Shown piece by piece: positions 9,681-20,536 of a DNA stretch of 64,000 nt; the stretch's first letter is position 1, and every line of letters begins with the position of its first letter. The stretch covers positions 17,807 through 81,806 of the IMG/VR virus record IMGVR_UViG_3300032883_000188; one strand, 5' to 3'. The stretch comes from a virus. The position numbers and the translations under genes are program-made. Below the pieces are notes generated by a model that saw only the letters and a list, made by a program, of their open reading frames with translations, was not told the origin of the DNA and made no database searches.

Positions 9681-9681
9681 C

Positions 9682-9996
9682 TTATTTTCCTTTTTCTAGA
9701 ATTTCTATTCTTTCAAGTAATTGCTGAACTGCTACTGTGAGCATGGAAACCATTGCGCCCAAGTCCCTTCCTTCTATTGTTTCTTGTCCTGTTATTACAT
9801 TTTCTGGCGGAAGGATTTCACCGTGTTGGTCTTTCAATGGTTTTCCATGTTTATCTAATGGTTGAACAAGTTCTTTTATATCTTTTTTTATATTTCTTTT
9901 TGCAAATGTTGGAACGGTTGACATGTCCAAATGACCATCAACAGTTCCTTTTATTTGTTTTATTTCGCTTAAAGCATCTCCAAAATAATATCCCAT
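9682..9996 (-). CDS. free-standing tail-spike folding chaperone (peptidase S74/intramolecular chaperone-like)
   Basis: C-terminal GRDLGAMVSMLTVAVQQLLERIEILE helix typical of tail-spike chaperones; in frame with the upstream tail spike. Confidence 0.6.
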   Translation of the reverse strand: MGYYFGDALSEIKQIKGTVDGHLDMSTVPTFAKRNIKKDIKELVQPLDKHGKPLKDQHGEILPPENVITGQETIEGRDLGAMVSMLTVAVQQLLERIEILEKGK

Positions 9997-10008
9997 TTTA
10001 CTCTCCTT

Positions 10009-13000
10009 TTATGGTCTATCTGTAAACGATAAGGCAGAACAATTATTATCAATCCAACAGTTTCCACCATAATCAAAAAAGAACCTCCCATCGGGGTATG
10101 GGCCGCCGTTGAATGGGGCTAGATATATTCTAGTATGGGTATCATCATCTTGCCTTACTGCATAAACTCCACCCGCTAACTGAGGATTCGTCATACCAGT
10201 ATCTTGGAAGGAAAACAGAATACCAGCGCCAAAACCATTAGCCATATCCCCTGTTGTATTCACATTAAAAAGCGAAACTCCGCTCCAACCTGATGTAGTT
10301 CCTGTCTTCATTCTTGTAAATCGAGCGGCATAATTATATGTGGTAGTGCTGGTATCTCCTGCAACATCCAAAGGATATATTGGAAGAGATGTGCCAATAC
10401 CAATTCCATTAGAATTCAATCTTACTATTGAGTCTGTTGCTGTTCCGGCAATAAGTGTACCATCGGTATCAACATAAAGTTGTGTGGTTGTACCACCGCG
10501 GAAATTAAGCCGTTTTGTGGAAATATCCCATAACATGTTGGCATATCCGGTTGTATTGCTTCCAAACAAGATGTCTCCCGCACCCATAGCTTCTCCGTTA
10601 TAAGTTTGGGCTGTATGAAATATTGTAAATGCGGTTGAGTTCGCAGATGTAACATCATCTCCAAAAATAGTAATATCTTTTGTTAAATGAGCGTGTACTG
10701 ACAAAGAAGACCAAGGAAAACCATCATGAGTAAAGATATCAAAAGTTGGGGCTGAAACAGATGACATGGAGATGCCTCCCCCGCCAACTGTCCCATAACT
10801 AACTACTGCTTGTCCTTTTTTCCAAGCAGGATTTGCATCTGCACCATAGGCAGATGCCATGTCTCTTCTGACGCTGTAGGTAGGGGCTGAACCAGTATAA
10901 AGAACGGATAACCATTCATCATCAATACCGTCTTTCATTCTAAGAATATCGTTTTGAGAAAAGGTCGTATCCCCGGAAATAGTAATGCTTCCAAGAATTT
11001 CTGTATTTAAGCTTGTTCCGTTTTCCTCTGTTAGAGTATTGGAACTTTCATCGGTAAAAACAACAGATGCGCCACCATCAGATGCGGTCATATCAGCGGA
11101 TAAAACGTCTGAGTTAAGCACGAGTAATGACCCGCCAACGGCTGAAACAATATCCTTTTCAAAGACAGTACTTTTTAATTTTCCTCTAATGACTACGTTG
11201 GAAAACTCTGCATCACCCGTATCAGAATTAATATTAAAACCAGTATAACCTGTTAGGAAGTTGCTGGAACGGATGCGTTTACTAGCACCATCGATAAGAA
11301 TGTAAGTTCCCGCGGTGTCTCCAACCTTGATTACTGGAACAGAACTGTCCATGCTGATTCCGACATTTGCGGCAAGGCTGTAAATTCTGGTTGCATCAAT
11401 CGTCCAGCCGCCAATATGTCCTGTCAAGGCGGTAATATCTCCGCTCAGGGTGGCGCTGGTAGCTGTGATGTTACCGAGAGAATCAAGAGTAAAGTTTACA
11501 GCACGCACCAAAAGTTTTGTACCGTCCCATTGCAAATAGTTTTTTTCGTTTGAGTAAAGGGATATTTTTGGCGCATTTGAATAACCTAACCAAGCCCCAA
11601 CATTATTGCCGTACTCGGATGGAGGATTTACACCAAAAGAGATATATCCTTTGCTGTTTATCTGAGCATTGGGCAGGGAAATACTGCCGATGTTTACCGT
11701 CCAACCCGCAATCGAACCCGCATTAAAGGCGCTTGCGCCCGTATTACTGCCAAGTTGTCCGGCTGTACCCAATATATCCGAATAGATGAAGGAAGAATTG
11801 TCCAAGCGCAAACTGTTCCCAAAGGTCATGGCAAAAGATGATGGGTCATCGTATGTAATGGAGAGTTCCAAAAGAGCCGCTTCTATGGTAGCCTGTGTAT
11901 CGTCTTTCTTTATATTAATTACTTTTCCCAAGTCCAATGCGCTTGTGAACGCCGCGTAATCGGTAAGTGATACAAAATTTGCAAAATCTCCGGTAAATTC
12001 GTATCTCGGTTGGGATGTTTTTGCAAGAACTGTAACGGCTTGGTTATATAATATTTGTGATTGTGACTGTATTTCTGCGGGAGTCATAATATCCGTGGTG
12101 ATAATGTTGTTGTTTGTATATGTATTGTCATAAATATATGATGTCAATTCCAGATGTTGAGCGTCCGTCATGTTGCTTGGATAAGAAATTATATCCAAAT
12201 AGGCGTATAATTTTGTAAGTATATCTTCCAGAGAAGCGGTGATGGTAGTGGTAGGAATAATGCTCATGAATGCGGCATATAGACTTCCCACTTCGCTTAT
12301 TAAATCGTTAATATAATTTGTCAGTGTAGTAATGTCTGCGGCTACAGGAGGATAGGAAGAGAATCCTGCGGCTATAAAATTAAAAAGCGTGTTTATATCT
12401 ATACGAATTACTTCCAGAAGATTGGTAATCGTTGGGGTTAAAGCTGTTAAAGTAGCAGGGTTGAAGTTTGGAAAAGTGGATGTAGAATTATAAATATTTG
12501 TCCAACTGGTAATAATATTTCCAATGGTCAACTGCATGTTTGCCACATCTTCTTCAAAGTTATGATAAGAAACCCTGCTGGTAAAGAACAGACTGTGAAC
12601 TATCCTTCTTAATATTATTTGTACAGTATCAGAAAGCCCCTGCATGTTTTCTATATCTATTTGTTTGGTGGCAAGCAGAATTTTCTGTGCCGCAATCTGT
12701 GCATCAATTTCGGTGGTATCCAACTGCTGTTGTGTTCTAGCCTCTTTAATATCCAACATGCTTTTTAATTGATTGTTCAAATCAGTAAAATCTGATTTCA
12801 TAGCAACCAATTGAATGTTGTAATTCTCCAAAAGAGTCAACTTTGCTGTATAATTCGCCTGATTTGCCGCTACTTTAGCTTCCCATGTTGTGAGAACATT
12901 GATAAGCGCTTGACTCATCCATTGCGATGTTTTAAAATAACTAAAATTGTATATTACGTTATTTCCAGTAGGATTGACATAATGAATATCAAGACCAGCG

Positions 13001-13683
13001 CCCCCATAGCAGTAGAGTGCTGTGCAAATTTCGGATGTGATTTCCTTAAACTGAGTACTTTTTACAAGATTGTCAAAGGAAAGCAATATGTTCGTATTTG
13101 CGCCGGAGAGTACGTTTGTCTTGGCTGATACGGTTCTAGCAATCGTATCGAATACAAATATGCACCCGTAGGCTTTTTCCATATCGTTGACCAAGAAGTT
13201 ATAAGCCGTATTGTTATTGGATGAGAAAGTTCTATAAAGAGGAAGCAGAGATGCATCAATCGTACCGATTGTCCAAGCGGGTTTAAGGTCTAACACGGTT
13301 TGCAGTAATGTTTCAAACTGGTATGTACCTATAAAACCCGTAAGTCTTGGAGAAAGAAGTTCTGCTTCCAAGGAAAGGCAGGTCACGTTTTTAACGGGCA
13401 CACTTCCAGAATTATCCTCGGGGCAACTATCAATTATGTAATAACCAACCCCCTCTACAAAGACAATCATCTTGCCCTTAATAAACACATAAGCCGGGTC
13501 AATGGTTGCACCTGCGTCAGCGGATTGTGGATATACAAAGGTAAGTTCTGAGATTGCGTTATAACGTAATGTATTTTTTATTGTATATGCCAAACCCAAG
13601 GAATAAAGCTTGTCTAGGTGAGGAGTGCATAGTGTTAGGGCAGGAACTTCTGCTTGGCTGTAGTAGTTAAATAATTGATTCAC
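10009..13683 (-). CDS. large tail spike / baseplate hub (Tal-like) host-specificity protein
   Basis: Follows Dit; N-terminal prophage tail endopeptidase-like region, coiled coil, G.IGGW.I repeats, GIGT..P..PLDV beta-helix motif. Confidence 0.8.
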   Translation of the reverse strand: MNQLFNYYSQAEVPALTLCTPHLDKLYSLGLAYTIKNTLRYNAISELTFVYPQSADAGATIDPAYVFIKGKMIVFVEGVGYYIIDSCPEDNSGSVPVKNVTCLSLEAELLSPRLTGFIGTYQFETLLQTVLDLKPAWTIGTIDASLLPLYRTFSSNNNTAYNFLVNDMEKAYGCIFVFDTIARTVSAKTNVLSGANTNILLSFDNLVKSTQFKEITSEICTALYCYGGAGLDIHYVNPTGNNVIYNFSYFKTSQWMSQALINVLTTWEAKVAANQANYTAKLTLLENYNIQLVAMKSDFTDLNNQLKSMLDIKEARTQQQLDTTEIDAQIAAQKILLATKQIDIENMQGLSDTVQIILRRIVHSLFFTSRVSYHNFEEDVANMQLTIGNIITSWTNIYNSTSTFPNFNPATLTALTPTITNLLEVIRIDINTLFNFIAAGFSSYPPVAADITTLTNYINDLISEVGSLYAAFMSIIPTTTITASLEDILTKLYAYLDIISYPSNMTDAQHLELTSYIYDNTYTNNNIITTDIMTPAEIQSQSQILYNQAVTVLAKTSQPRYEFTGDFANFVSLTDYAAFTSALDLGKVINIKKDDTQATIEAALLELSITYDDPSSFAMTFGNSLRLDNSSFIYSDILGTAGQLGSNTGASAFNAGSIAGWTVNIGSISLPNAQINSKGYISFGVNPPSEYGNNVGAWLGYSNAPKISLYSNEKNYLQWDGTKLLVRAVNFTLDSLGNITATSATLSGDITALTGHIGGWTIDATRIYSLAANVGISMDSSVPVIKVGDTAGTYILIDGASKRIRSSNFLTGYTGFNINSDTGDAEFSNVVIRGKLKSTVFEKDIVSAVGGSLLVLNSDVLSADMTASDGGASVVFTDESSNTLTEENGTSLNTEILGSITISGDTTFSQNDILRMKDGIDDEWLSVLYTGSAPTYSVRRDMASAYGADANPAWKKGQAVVSYGTVGGGGISMSSVSAPTFDIFTHDGFPWSSLSVHAHLTKDITIFGDDVTSANSTAFTIFHTAQTYNGEAMGAGDILFGSNTTGYANMLWDISTKRLNFRGGTTTQLYVDTDGTLIAGTATDSIVRLNSNGIGIGTSLPIYPLDVAGDTSTTTYNYAARFTRMKTGTTSGWSGVSLFNVNTTGDMANGFGAGILFSFQDTGMTNPQLAGGVYAVRQDDDTHTRIYLAPFNGGPYPDGRFFFDYGGNCWIDNNCSALSFTDRP

Positions 13684-13695
13684 CTTTCCTCCTTT

Positions 13696-14499
13696 TTAGC
13701 CGCCTACTTTAACGGCAATAGGGGTTGTAATCTCAATCTTATATACATTTCCACTAATACTAAGAGTGTTAACTCCCGGCAATAATCTCAGCCAATGCTG
13801 ATTCAATAAATTATAAAGCGGGTATGTAACCAATGTTGAAGATATAATCTGATGGTCGCAGTCCAAGGTTACAACCTCATTTGGAAGAACATTTAGAGTA
13901 AACACTCTACTGTTGTCCGTGATATTGGTAATGGTAACACTACCACCAAATGTGTTGGCTGTAATCTTTAATGGGGTCGGATAAGTGTAGAAGCCATTTG
14001 CGCTTTCGTTTAAAAATGATACAGTATCCGAAATACTATATGAATTAGGATTATAAGTATAACTATAATATTTTGGAACTTTCCAGCCCCACGGTGCATC
14101 ACAAGTAACCGTAGTGGTAAAACCACGTATGATGTTTCCTTGACGCACCACTTGCGGGGCTGTTAGAAAGCAGTTAAAATAAACATCCTGCATGTCCGGT
14201 TGACAAATTCTTAATTTTTTATAAGCTTGTTGTGCAAACAACCATGTCGAAATGGTCGAATACTGCATGGCATCAATTTCTTTTGCATCCGAATACATGG
14301 AAAGAGGGAACTGTAACACCGGGGTTTGCTCCGCGCCCCAAAACAAAGGCACGGGTCTGCGGAATAATTTAAGAGTAAGTAGAGATAAATCGTTGCTTGC
14401 GGATGTTGTAGCATCTCCTGACCCGCTGAATTCCCCAAGATATAAGCTGTAAAATTCTGACGGTTTATCGTCAAAGATGAACGTTTTTGCATAAAACAT
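13696..14499 (-). CDS. distal tail protein (Dit)
   Basis: TWLF...YKKL.I......YFNC...TCDAPWG...WLRLLPGVNTL pattern; downstream of tape measure. Confidence 0.8.
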   Translation of the reverse strand: MFYAKTFIFDDKPSEFYSLYLGEFSGSGDATTSASNDLSLLTLKLFRRPVPLFWGAEQTPVLQFPLSMYSDAKEIDAMQYSTISTWLFAQQAYKKLRICQPDMQDVYFNCFLTAPQVVRQGNIIRGFTTTVTCDAPWGWKVPKYYSYTYNPNSYSISDTVSFLNESANGFYTYPTPLKITANTFGGSVTITNITDNSRVFTLNVLPNEVVTLDCDHQIISSTLVTYPLYNLLNQHWLRLLPGVNTLSISGNVYKIEITTPIAVKVGG

Positions 14500-14502
14500 A
14501 TT

Positions 14503-15195
14503 CTATCCTCCTTTTATATAATCGTTTGGAAAATTTAATTTTGCTTCTTTTCCATATAGAAAAAAGGCGGCAGAATCATATGCTTTAGCCGCATCACTTT
14601 CGGAATAATATGCACCAAGTCTAAAAACCATCTTTTCGTATGTTATTTGAACTTCAAACTTTTTTCTGTATTTTCTTTTACATACACCTAAATAACTGCT
14701 GGTTTTTATTTTTTTCTTACCGCGTTGTTTTCCAAGCATTGCTTCTGATATTTTTCTATTTTCTTCGACTGTGTGGATTCTTTTTTTACTATAAATAGAA
14801 ATTGTTTTTCTAACTTCATCCGAACGAATTTTTCCTTTATTTGACAAAGATGCTTTCATTCTAGACTCTTCGCTAGGAATACGCCCCAATGTTCCCTCTC
14901 CACCGTCTGTTAAATTATAACCAAAGTCTCTATTTTTTGTTTTATATTTTTTTATAAAATGTATTTCTTTTATTGCTAAAGAATCTTTTTCACATTTTTC
15001 TAAAATATAAAAGTTAAAATTTTTTATTCCATATTTGTTATAAGAATATTGCAGATATGGATTTGGGTGTCTGTTTTCATGCAAGTCTCTTTTATGCCCG
15101 GTAAATCTATAAGAAATATCAATTGATTTTCCTATATATTTTTTATTATTAATTATATTTTCAATACAATAAATTCCGGCTATTTTTTCTTGCAT
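14503..15195 (-). CDS. free-standing GIY-YIG homing endonuclease with NUMOD3 repeats and AP2 domain
   Basis: GIYCIEN..NNKKYIG; GYNLTDGGEG; S.E.R.K.S repeats; SSYLGV...LG.Y.SE.DAAKAYD.AA..LYG.EAKLNF; AT-rich. Confidence 0.92.
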   Translation of the reverse strand: MQEKIAGIYCIENIINNKKYIGKSIDISYRFTGHKRDLHENRHPNPYLQYSYNKYGIKNFNFYILEKCEKDSLAIKEIHFIKKYKTKNRDFGYNLTDGGEGTLGRIPSEESRMKASLSNKGKIRSDEVRKTISIYSKKRIHTVEENRKISEAMLGKQRGKKKIKTSSYLGVCKRKYRKKFEVQITYEKMVFRLGAYYSESDAAKAYDSAAFFLYGKEAKLNFPNDYIKGG

Positions 15196-15213
15196 TTTTA
15201 TTCACCGCCTTTC

Positions 15214-18200
15214 TTAGTTAACGTACTGGTTGGTCGCTCTGGTTACGCCTCTTTTGCGAAACGTATCATTCATTTTTTCCATCAACTTGTCTGCAATACG
15301 CTCAATATCGGGTATAACATTCTTGTCCAGATTACCCATTACCGTGATTGGCATGGAAACACTTGCGTTACCCATGCTCCCACTCTTGTTCAAGTTATTT
15401 AGTGCGGATAGACCAATGGAATCTACGATGTTTTTCCTTAGAACGAATTCTCCGGGCATCAACATAGTATTAACAGAATCTTGATTAGGAATACCACCTG
15501 TAATTAAACCGCCCTCGGCTACTGGCGTAGCTATTGGTCTCATCGGTGTTGCTTTTTTACGTCTACTTACAGTTATAGTACCGTCAGACCAAGCAGTATC
15601 ACTTATTTCATATGTCTTATCGGTGGGGTCTGTTCTCCATGCTGATATGCTCATTGGTGTTCTTTGAGTCTTTTGAGTAGTACCACCACCAACACTTCCC
15701 CCTACACCCCCTTTGTTACCCATTTTATCTAGAATTTCTTTTAAGGCTTCTCTAAGCTTTTCTATGAATTTGTCAATCAAGTCTATTTGAGCATTTATCA
15801 TGTCTTCATAGATTCTATATTCTTTATCCAAGGCTTCAACTTGAAGGTTGTAGCTTCTGTCGGCTTGGGTTTTTTCCAAGTCCGCCTGTGCTTTATCCAA
15901 ATTTTCCTGTAATTGCAAGCGCTTTGCCTGTGCTTCTTCGCTGTTGTCGAGTGAAATGGCAAGTAATTCAGCTTGTATCTTGGAAACACTTTTCTGTTTA
16001 TCACGCAGGGTATCTTGATAATCAGATTCGTCTTTCATAGCCTTTAAGATGGCTTTACGAGCATCGATGATTTTCTTAAAGCCTTCCAGTTTATCTTTTA
16101 AGGCTTTCTTTTCGTTTTCGGCATCTTTTATTTTCAGGTCATATTCGTCTTGAATCTTTTTTCTAGCCGCATCTGCACCGCCTCCGCCCCCACCCCCACT
16201 AGCAGAAGCTTTCCCAAGAGAATTCAATTGAGCTACAAGTGCTTGTATTTGCAACACTTGCGCGTGAGTCATTCTTGAGCCTACGGCTTCAATTTCCGCA
16301 AACACATACAAACCATTGGCGGCTACTTTAAGAGCACCAACAAGATTATAAAGAGCAAGTTGATGATTTATTAATTCTATCAGATGGGTCTTTGCGGATT
16401 GTGTATCAAAAATAAAAGCATCTCCAACCATGGTTATATATTGTGCCAGTTGAGGATATTTACTAATAAGGTTATTAACAGTATCCGCGGTTATTGAATT
16501 GTTCTTTGCTTGCTCTATTGCCGCATTATTTATAGCATCGAATTCAGAGTTAAGTTCATCAAATGTTGGAATTGCCGAAGCAACACTATTGTTTAAATTA
16601 ATAACAGCATTGGCGGCGCGCATTTGAGCATCTGTCAAATCATTAGCACCAAATATCATATTCATTAATGTTTCTGAATATGATGATGCAGATTCATTTC
16701 CTATTTCCCATTTACCGTTTACATTGTCTATTCTTACGCCCAATACTTCCCAATCTTCTATTTCTTTTGAAGTAATAGTTCCCTTGCTAATTTTATCCTG
16801 TAAATCCCTAAAGTCTTTCCAAGCCGCTTGCAGTTTTGCCATACCAACAGCAAAACCAGATGGGTCAAGCGTTGGCTTTATTACTGGTTGAGCGCCAAAT
16901 TCTGCTTCTCTTGCCTTAGCATACAAATTGTAAAGATTTTCAGTATTTGTTTTTGTTGCCTCATCCCACATGCTCTTATAGAAATCTGAAAATTCCTTTT
17001 TCAAATCAGGGTCTACAAGTTTAGCCATAAAAGCTTTTTGGGCTTCCATACCCATATTGCTAAAATCAACTTTTGCCTTTGCAATAGCTTCTCTGTACTC
17101 TGCTTCTTCCATTGGGGTAAGTTTATTTTTTGAAACCCAACCTGTTCCACCGCTCTTCCCCCCGGGTTTGTTAAGAGTATATTTTGCTTCATTAAGAGCC
17201 TGTGCTTCCAAATTATAGGCTTCTTTATTTTGTAAATCTAGAAGCGCTTTCTTCGCATCTATTTCCTCTAAAATTGCTTGCGTTTGGGCTTTTATACTAT
17301 CGGTACTGGTGATTATGAAGTTTCCATAAGTGTCATAATAACCTATCAACCCCGGCAAGATTGATTTTAATTGATTTTGAACATCAGTTAGTCTTTGTGT
17401 TTCGTCCGCTGTTTTCTTTGTATTTGCGCTTAAAGTTTTAAACTCTTCTGAAAGATTATAAATACTTTTTTTGTTTGCATAAAGGTCGTCAAGCACTGTT
17501 TTAGTATCTTTTATTTCGCCCTGTATATCAACTAATTCTTCTTTTGCACTTTTTGTATTTATTATAAATAATGCAAGAGCACCAATCGCTAAGGAAAGAA
17601 CTAGTCCTATTCCTCCTGCGCTTGTAAGAAAAGCGAGTACTGATGCTGTAACCGTATCTATTGCCCCGGCTGTTATCCATAAAGCCGCATCTAAAACTGA
17701 AAGTCCTGCGGCATCAGCCAGTGCCGCCGTAACCATACCCACAAAACTAATAATAAGTTTTCCAACCTGTTCTCTATAAAGTATTGTAATAGCAACCCCT
17801 AATGCTATTATAACAGCCTTTAATCCACCAATCTTTGTTATCCAGTTAACGATAGATGCCAAAGTATTATTAAGGGTTATAATTAAACCATTAAAATCTT
17901 TTCCGCTTTGTACAAGTCCCTGAAAGGATGCCTTTAATCTGTTTTGTGAGGCTTCAACATTTCTCAAATAAATGGAATATCTATCCATTGCCAAACCAGC
18001 GGAATTAGCTTCTATTCCCTGTAACTTTAAAGCCATGTTCATGTTCTGCATGAGAACATTAAACATGTTACGCTGACGTACACCCGCGATTGCTTTACCA
18101 ATATTCGCCTGTTCTACTTCGTTAAGAGTATTCCATTTACCAGCAAGTTCTTCAAGCACTGCACTAAAATCTCTAAAAGAGACATCGCTATCACGTAATT

Positions 18201-19518
18201 TTATGTTTACTCTTGATAAAGCAATTTCAACATTGTTTATACCTGTTGCACCATCTAGACCGCCTTGCCTAATATCCTGCATACGGGTTAAAATGGTCTT
18301 CATTGCCTGACCGACCATTTCAGCATTCTGTCTGGTTACAGAAGATACAGTACCAATATAAGAAACAAGTTTATCAAAAGATACGCCTACTTCGGATGCG
18401 GCGGCGGCAGAATATCTCAACGCCGTTGCCAATTCACCAGCACTGGTGGCGCTTTGGTTGTCTACTGCTACCAGTTTGTCAACCACAACGGCGGCTTCAT
18501 CTACACTCATTGCATAAGAGTTAATTGTTGAAGTTAAATAGTTGGTTGCGTCTGCTGAACTTAATGCGCCAAGTTTAGAAAGCATTAGAGATGCTTGTAA
18601 TAGTTTTTGGGTTTCTGCAATAGTTCTACCCTGTCTTAACCACTCTACACTTCCCTGCGCAACTTCAAGAGTCGTAACACCCATTTGCTGTGCTAATACA
18701 TTAAAAGATTGTGCCAAAGAATAAATTTGTTCCGGGGTTTGTGCTCCTGCTACTTGCAATACTTGAATCTTTACCATTTCTTTGTTAAGTTCAATGGTAT
18801 ATTGTATAGCATCATTTAATAATTTTTGTGCTTCTCTTACTACACCTAAAGAAAGACTATAAGAGATAGTCTGCATAAAAGCGCGCTGAATGTTAGCCGC
18901 CCAACTTTGCATGGCGGTAGCCGCTCTTTTAGTAACAGATGTAGTGGCTTCAAACTCTCCGTTTAATTTCTGAATACTAGGTATAAGTTTTTGCGCCGCG
19001 GCTGTTTGTCCGGTTTCTGCAAGTTGTTTGTAAAGATTTATCTCATTCATCAAAGCAGTGGCGCTTCCCTGAATGGCTTTCTTTTCGGTCTCTCCCATGC
19101 TTTGTGCACGGTTAGCCCAATCTGCCGCTTTCTTACCCATGGCGTCAAACTGCGTTATGTTCTTGGTGATGCCAGTTAAAGTATTGTCAATATTCTTGCT
19201 GAATGTACCAACTTCGCCAGTTGCACCTTTAAAACTACCACTCAAACCAACTATTTCTACTTTTAATTGTCCGGTAGCTGTTTCCATTAGTTGTAGTTTT
19301 GTGGTTACACCTGTTAATACTCCGCCCTCCGCCTTGACAGAAGTATTAAAAGCATCAAGTGCTTTTTGAGCGGCGCTTGTATCAACACCAGAAAGTGCCT
19401 TTACACCACCAAGATTGAGGGGATTATTCTTTAAATCACCGGAGAAAACCTTAAGGCTCTCTGTCAGTGATTTGGTATCAGCTTTAAAACCTACATTAAA
19501 GGTAAACGCATTTGCCAT
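15214..19518 (-). CDS. tail tape measure protein (TP901-type core)
   Basis: 1434 aa, helical A/L/Q-rich, VVDKLVAVDN..ATSA.ELA.AL core, TM segments, C-terminal GGLI...DSV..ML.PGEFVL. Confidence 0.92.
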   Translation of the reverse strand: MANAFTFNVGFKADTKSLTESLKVFSGDLKNNPLNLGGVKALSGVDTSAAQKALDAFNTSVKAEGGVLTGVTTKLQLMETATGQLKVEIVGLSGSFKGATGEVGTFSKNIDNTLTGITKNITQFDAMGKKAADWANRAQSMGETEKKAIQGSATALMNEINLYKQLAETGQTAAAQKLIPSIQKLNGEFEATTSVTKRAATAMQSWAANIQRAFMQTISYSLSLGVVREAQKLLNDAIQYTIELNKEMVKIQVLQVAGAQTPEQIYSLAQSFNVLAQQMGVTTLEVAQGSVEWLRQGRTIAETQKLLQASLMLSKLGALSSADATNYLTSTINSYAMSVDEAAVVVDKLVAVDNQSATSAGELATALRYSAAAASEVGVSFDKLVSYIGTVSSVTRQNAEMVGQAMKTILTRMQDIRQGGLDGATGINNVEIALSRVNIKLRDSDVSFRDFSAVLEELAGKWNTLNEVEQANIGKAIAGVRQRNMFNVLMQNMNMALKLQGIEANSAGLAMDRYSIYLRNVEASQNRLKASFQGLVQSGKDFNGLIITLNNTLASIVNWITKIGGLKAVIIALGVAITILYREQVGKLIISFVGMVTAALADAAGLSVLDAALWITAGAIDTVTASVLAFLTSAGGIGLVLSLAIGALALFIINTKSAKEELVDIQGEIKDTKTVLDDLYANKKSIYNLSEEFKTLSANTKKTADETQRLTDVQNQLKSILPGLIGYYDTYGNFIITSTDSIKAQTQAILEEIDAKKALLDLQNKEAYNLEAQALNEAKYTLNKPGGKSGGTGWVSKNKLTPMEEAEYREAIAKAKVDFSNMGMEAQKAFMAKLVDPDLKKEFSDFYKSMWDEATKTNTENLYNLYAKAREAEFGAQPVIKPTLDPSGFAVGMAKLQAAWKDFRDLQDKISKGTITSKEIEDWEVLGVRIDNVNGKWEIGNESASSYSETLMNMIFGANDLTDAQMRAANAVINLNNSVASAIPTFDELNSEFDAINNAAIEQAKNNSITADTVNNLISKYPQLAQYITMVGDAFIFDTQSAKTHLIELINHQLALYNLVGALKVAANGLYVFAEIEAVGSRMTHAQVLQIQALVAQLNSLGKASASGGGGGGGADAARKKIQDEYDLKIKDAENEKKALKDKLEGFKKIIDARKAILKAMKDESDYQDTLRDKQKSVSKIQAELLAISLDNSEEAQAKRLQLQENLDKAQADLEKTQADRSYNLQVEALDKEYRIYEDMINAQIDLIDKFIEKLREALKEILDKMGNKGGVGGSVGGGTTQKTQRTPMSISAWRTDPTDKTYEISDTAWSDGTITVSRRKKATPMRPIATPVAEGGLITGGIPNQDSVNTMLMPGEFVLRKNIVDSIGLSALNNLNKSGSMGNASVSMPITVMGNLDKNVIPDIERIADKLMEKMNDTFRKRGVTRATNQYVN

Positions 19519-19537
19519 ATAACCTCCTCAACTCAAA

Positions 19538-20536
19538 CTATATTTTCAAATTTTCTAATTCCTTGTATGTCCTGTCCTTCGCGGAAGAATCATCATAAAC
19601 CGAAACCATGCTTAAATCTGACCACCCGAATATTTCCTTAATAAGAACGTGGGGTATATTCTGCTTGGAAAGCAGAGTGGTCAGATAATGTCTTAGCGCA
19701 TGAGTATAAAATGGGACTTTTAAGCGCTTTTCAAACGCTCTTACCCACCCGCGCACGGTTGCGCCAGTAGCCGGAGTGCCATTCAGTTTAACAAAAAGAA
19801 AGTTATGATTTAACTTCTTGGCTTTTAAAAGTTTGGCACGCTCGAGTAACCACGCCTTGTAATAAGGCAGGAATTTTTCAGCCAGTATATACTTGTAAAG
19901 AAGTTTACCCGCTTTACCCCTGCCCTTGGTCTTTAACTGGCGGGTTGTTTCCAAGAACAACGTACCAAAAGCAGTCCTGTTTTCGTCTATCATGTCTGTT
20001 TCGAAGATTAGTAATTCTGAAAACCTAGCCCCACTACAAATCGCCAGTGCCAGCCAACAAGCCTGTTGCTTGTTGTGCTTTGACAGATATTTAAGAAGAC
20101 TTTCAATTTGCTCGGCTGTCAGAATGGTTTTCTCTCTGCGCATCTCTTTTGGAGTAGATTCGACTACACGCAGAATAACATTGCGGAAAGTTGGGTATTC
20201 TTCATCGTAAAATTTTTCAATAAATGTTGACAGAGATGATAACACACTGCGCATATTATTTAACTTGGAAGAACCAACCCGTAATTCATCAACGGCAAAA
20301 CTAAAGAAGTCTGCAAATTCCAACTTCTTGATATCTACAAAGAACTTGTTCTCGTTGTGTAACAAGTTCCACGTAAAGAACATTTTTAGATTGGATTCGT
20401 AGACCACAATGGTTTTGTCGCTTGTGCGGGTGGATTTCTCTTTTAGAAATCTTTGCATCAAGTCGATATTCTTTGGGTTTATCTGTTTAGTCAATTCGTC
20501 CGAAGTTATCTTGTTACGAAAAGTTATTCTTGGCAT
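19538..20536 (-). CDS. tyrosine recombinase (YomM-like position in tail module)
   Basis: GARFSE (R), KTKG (K), HALRH, FGW, VSVY (catalytic Tyr) all present. Confidence 0.9.
   Translation of the reverse strand: MPRITFRNKITSDELTKQINPKNIDLMQRFLKEKSTRTSDKTIVVYESNLKMFFTWNLLHNENKFFVDIKKLEFADFFSFAVDELRVGSSKLNNMRSVLSSLSTFIEKFYDEEYPTFRNVILRVVESTPKEMRREKTILTAEQIESLLKYLSKHNKQQACWLALAICSGARFSELLIFETDMIDENRTAFGTLFLETTRQLKTKGRGKAGKLLYKYILAEKFLPYYKAWLLERAKLLKAKKLNHNFLFVKLNGTPATGATVRGWVRAFEKRLKVPFYTHALRHYLTTLLSKQNIPHVLIKEIFGWSDLSMVSVYDDSSAKDRTYKELENLKI

Noticed and set aside
14491-14506. ATAAAA-N4-TTCTAT at 14491 and 57547 as further copies of the 18-bp site
   Set aside because: Spacer length and right arm differ; the first overlaps a start codon and is probably coincidental.
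14503-15195. Group I intron hosting the GIY-YIG gene
   Set aside because: Tape measure and Dit ORFs are each complete with their own stop/start and only a few nt of spacing; no room for an intron core.
19538-20536. Prophage integrase marking an att boundary
   Set aside because: Flanked on both sides by virion genes; no host genes or att-like duplication seen.
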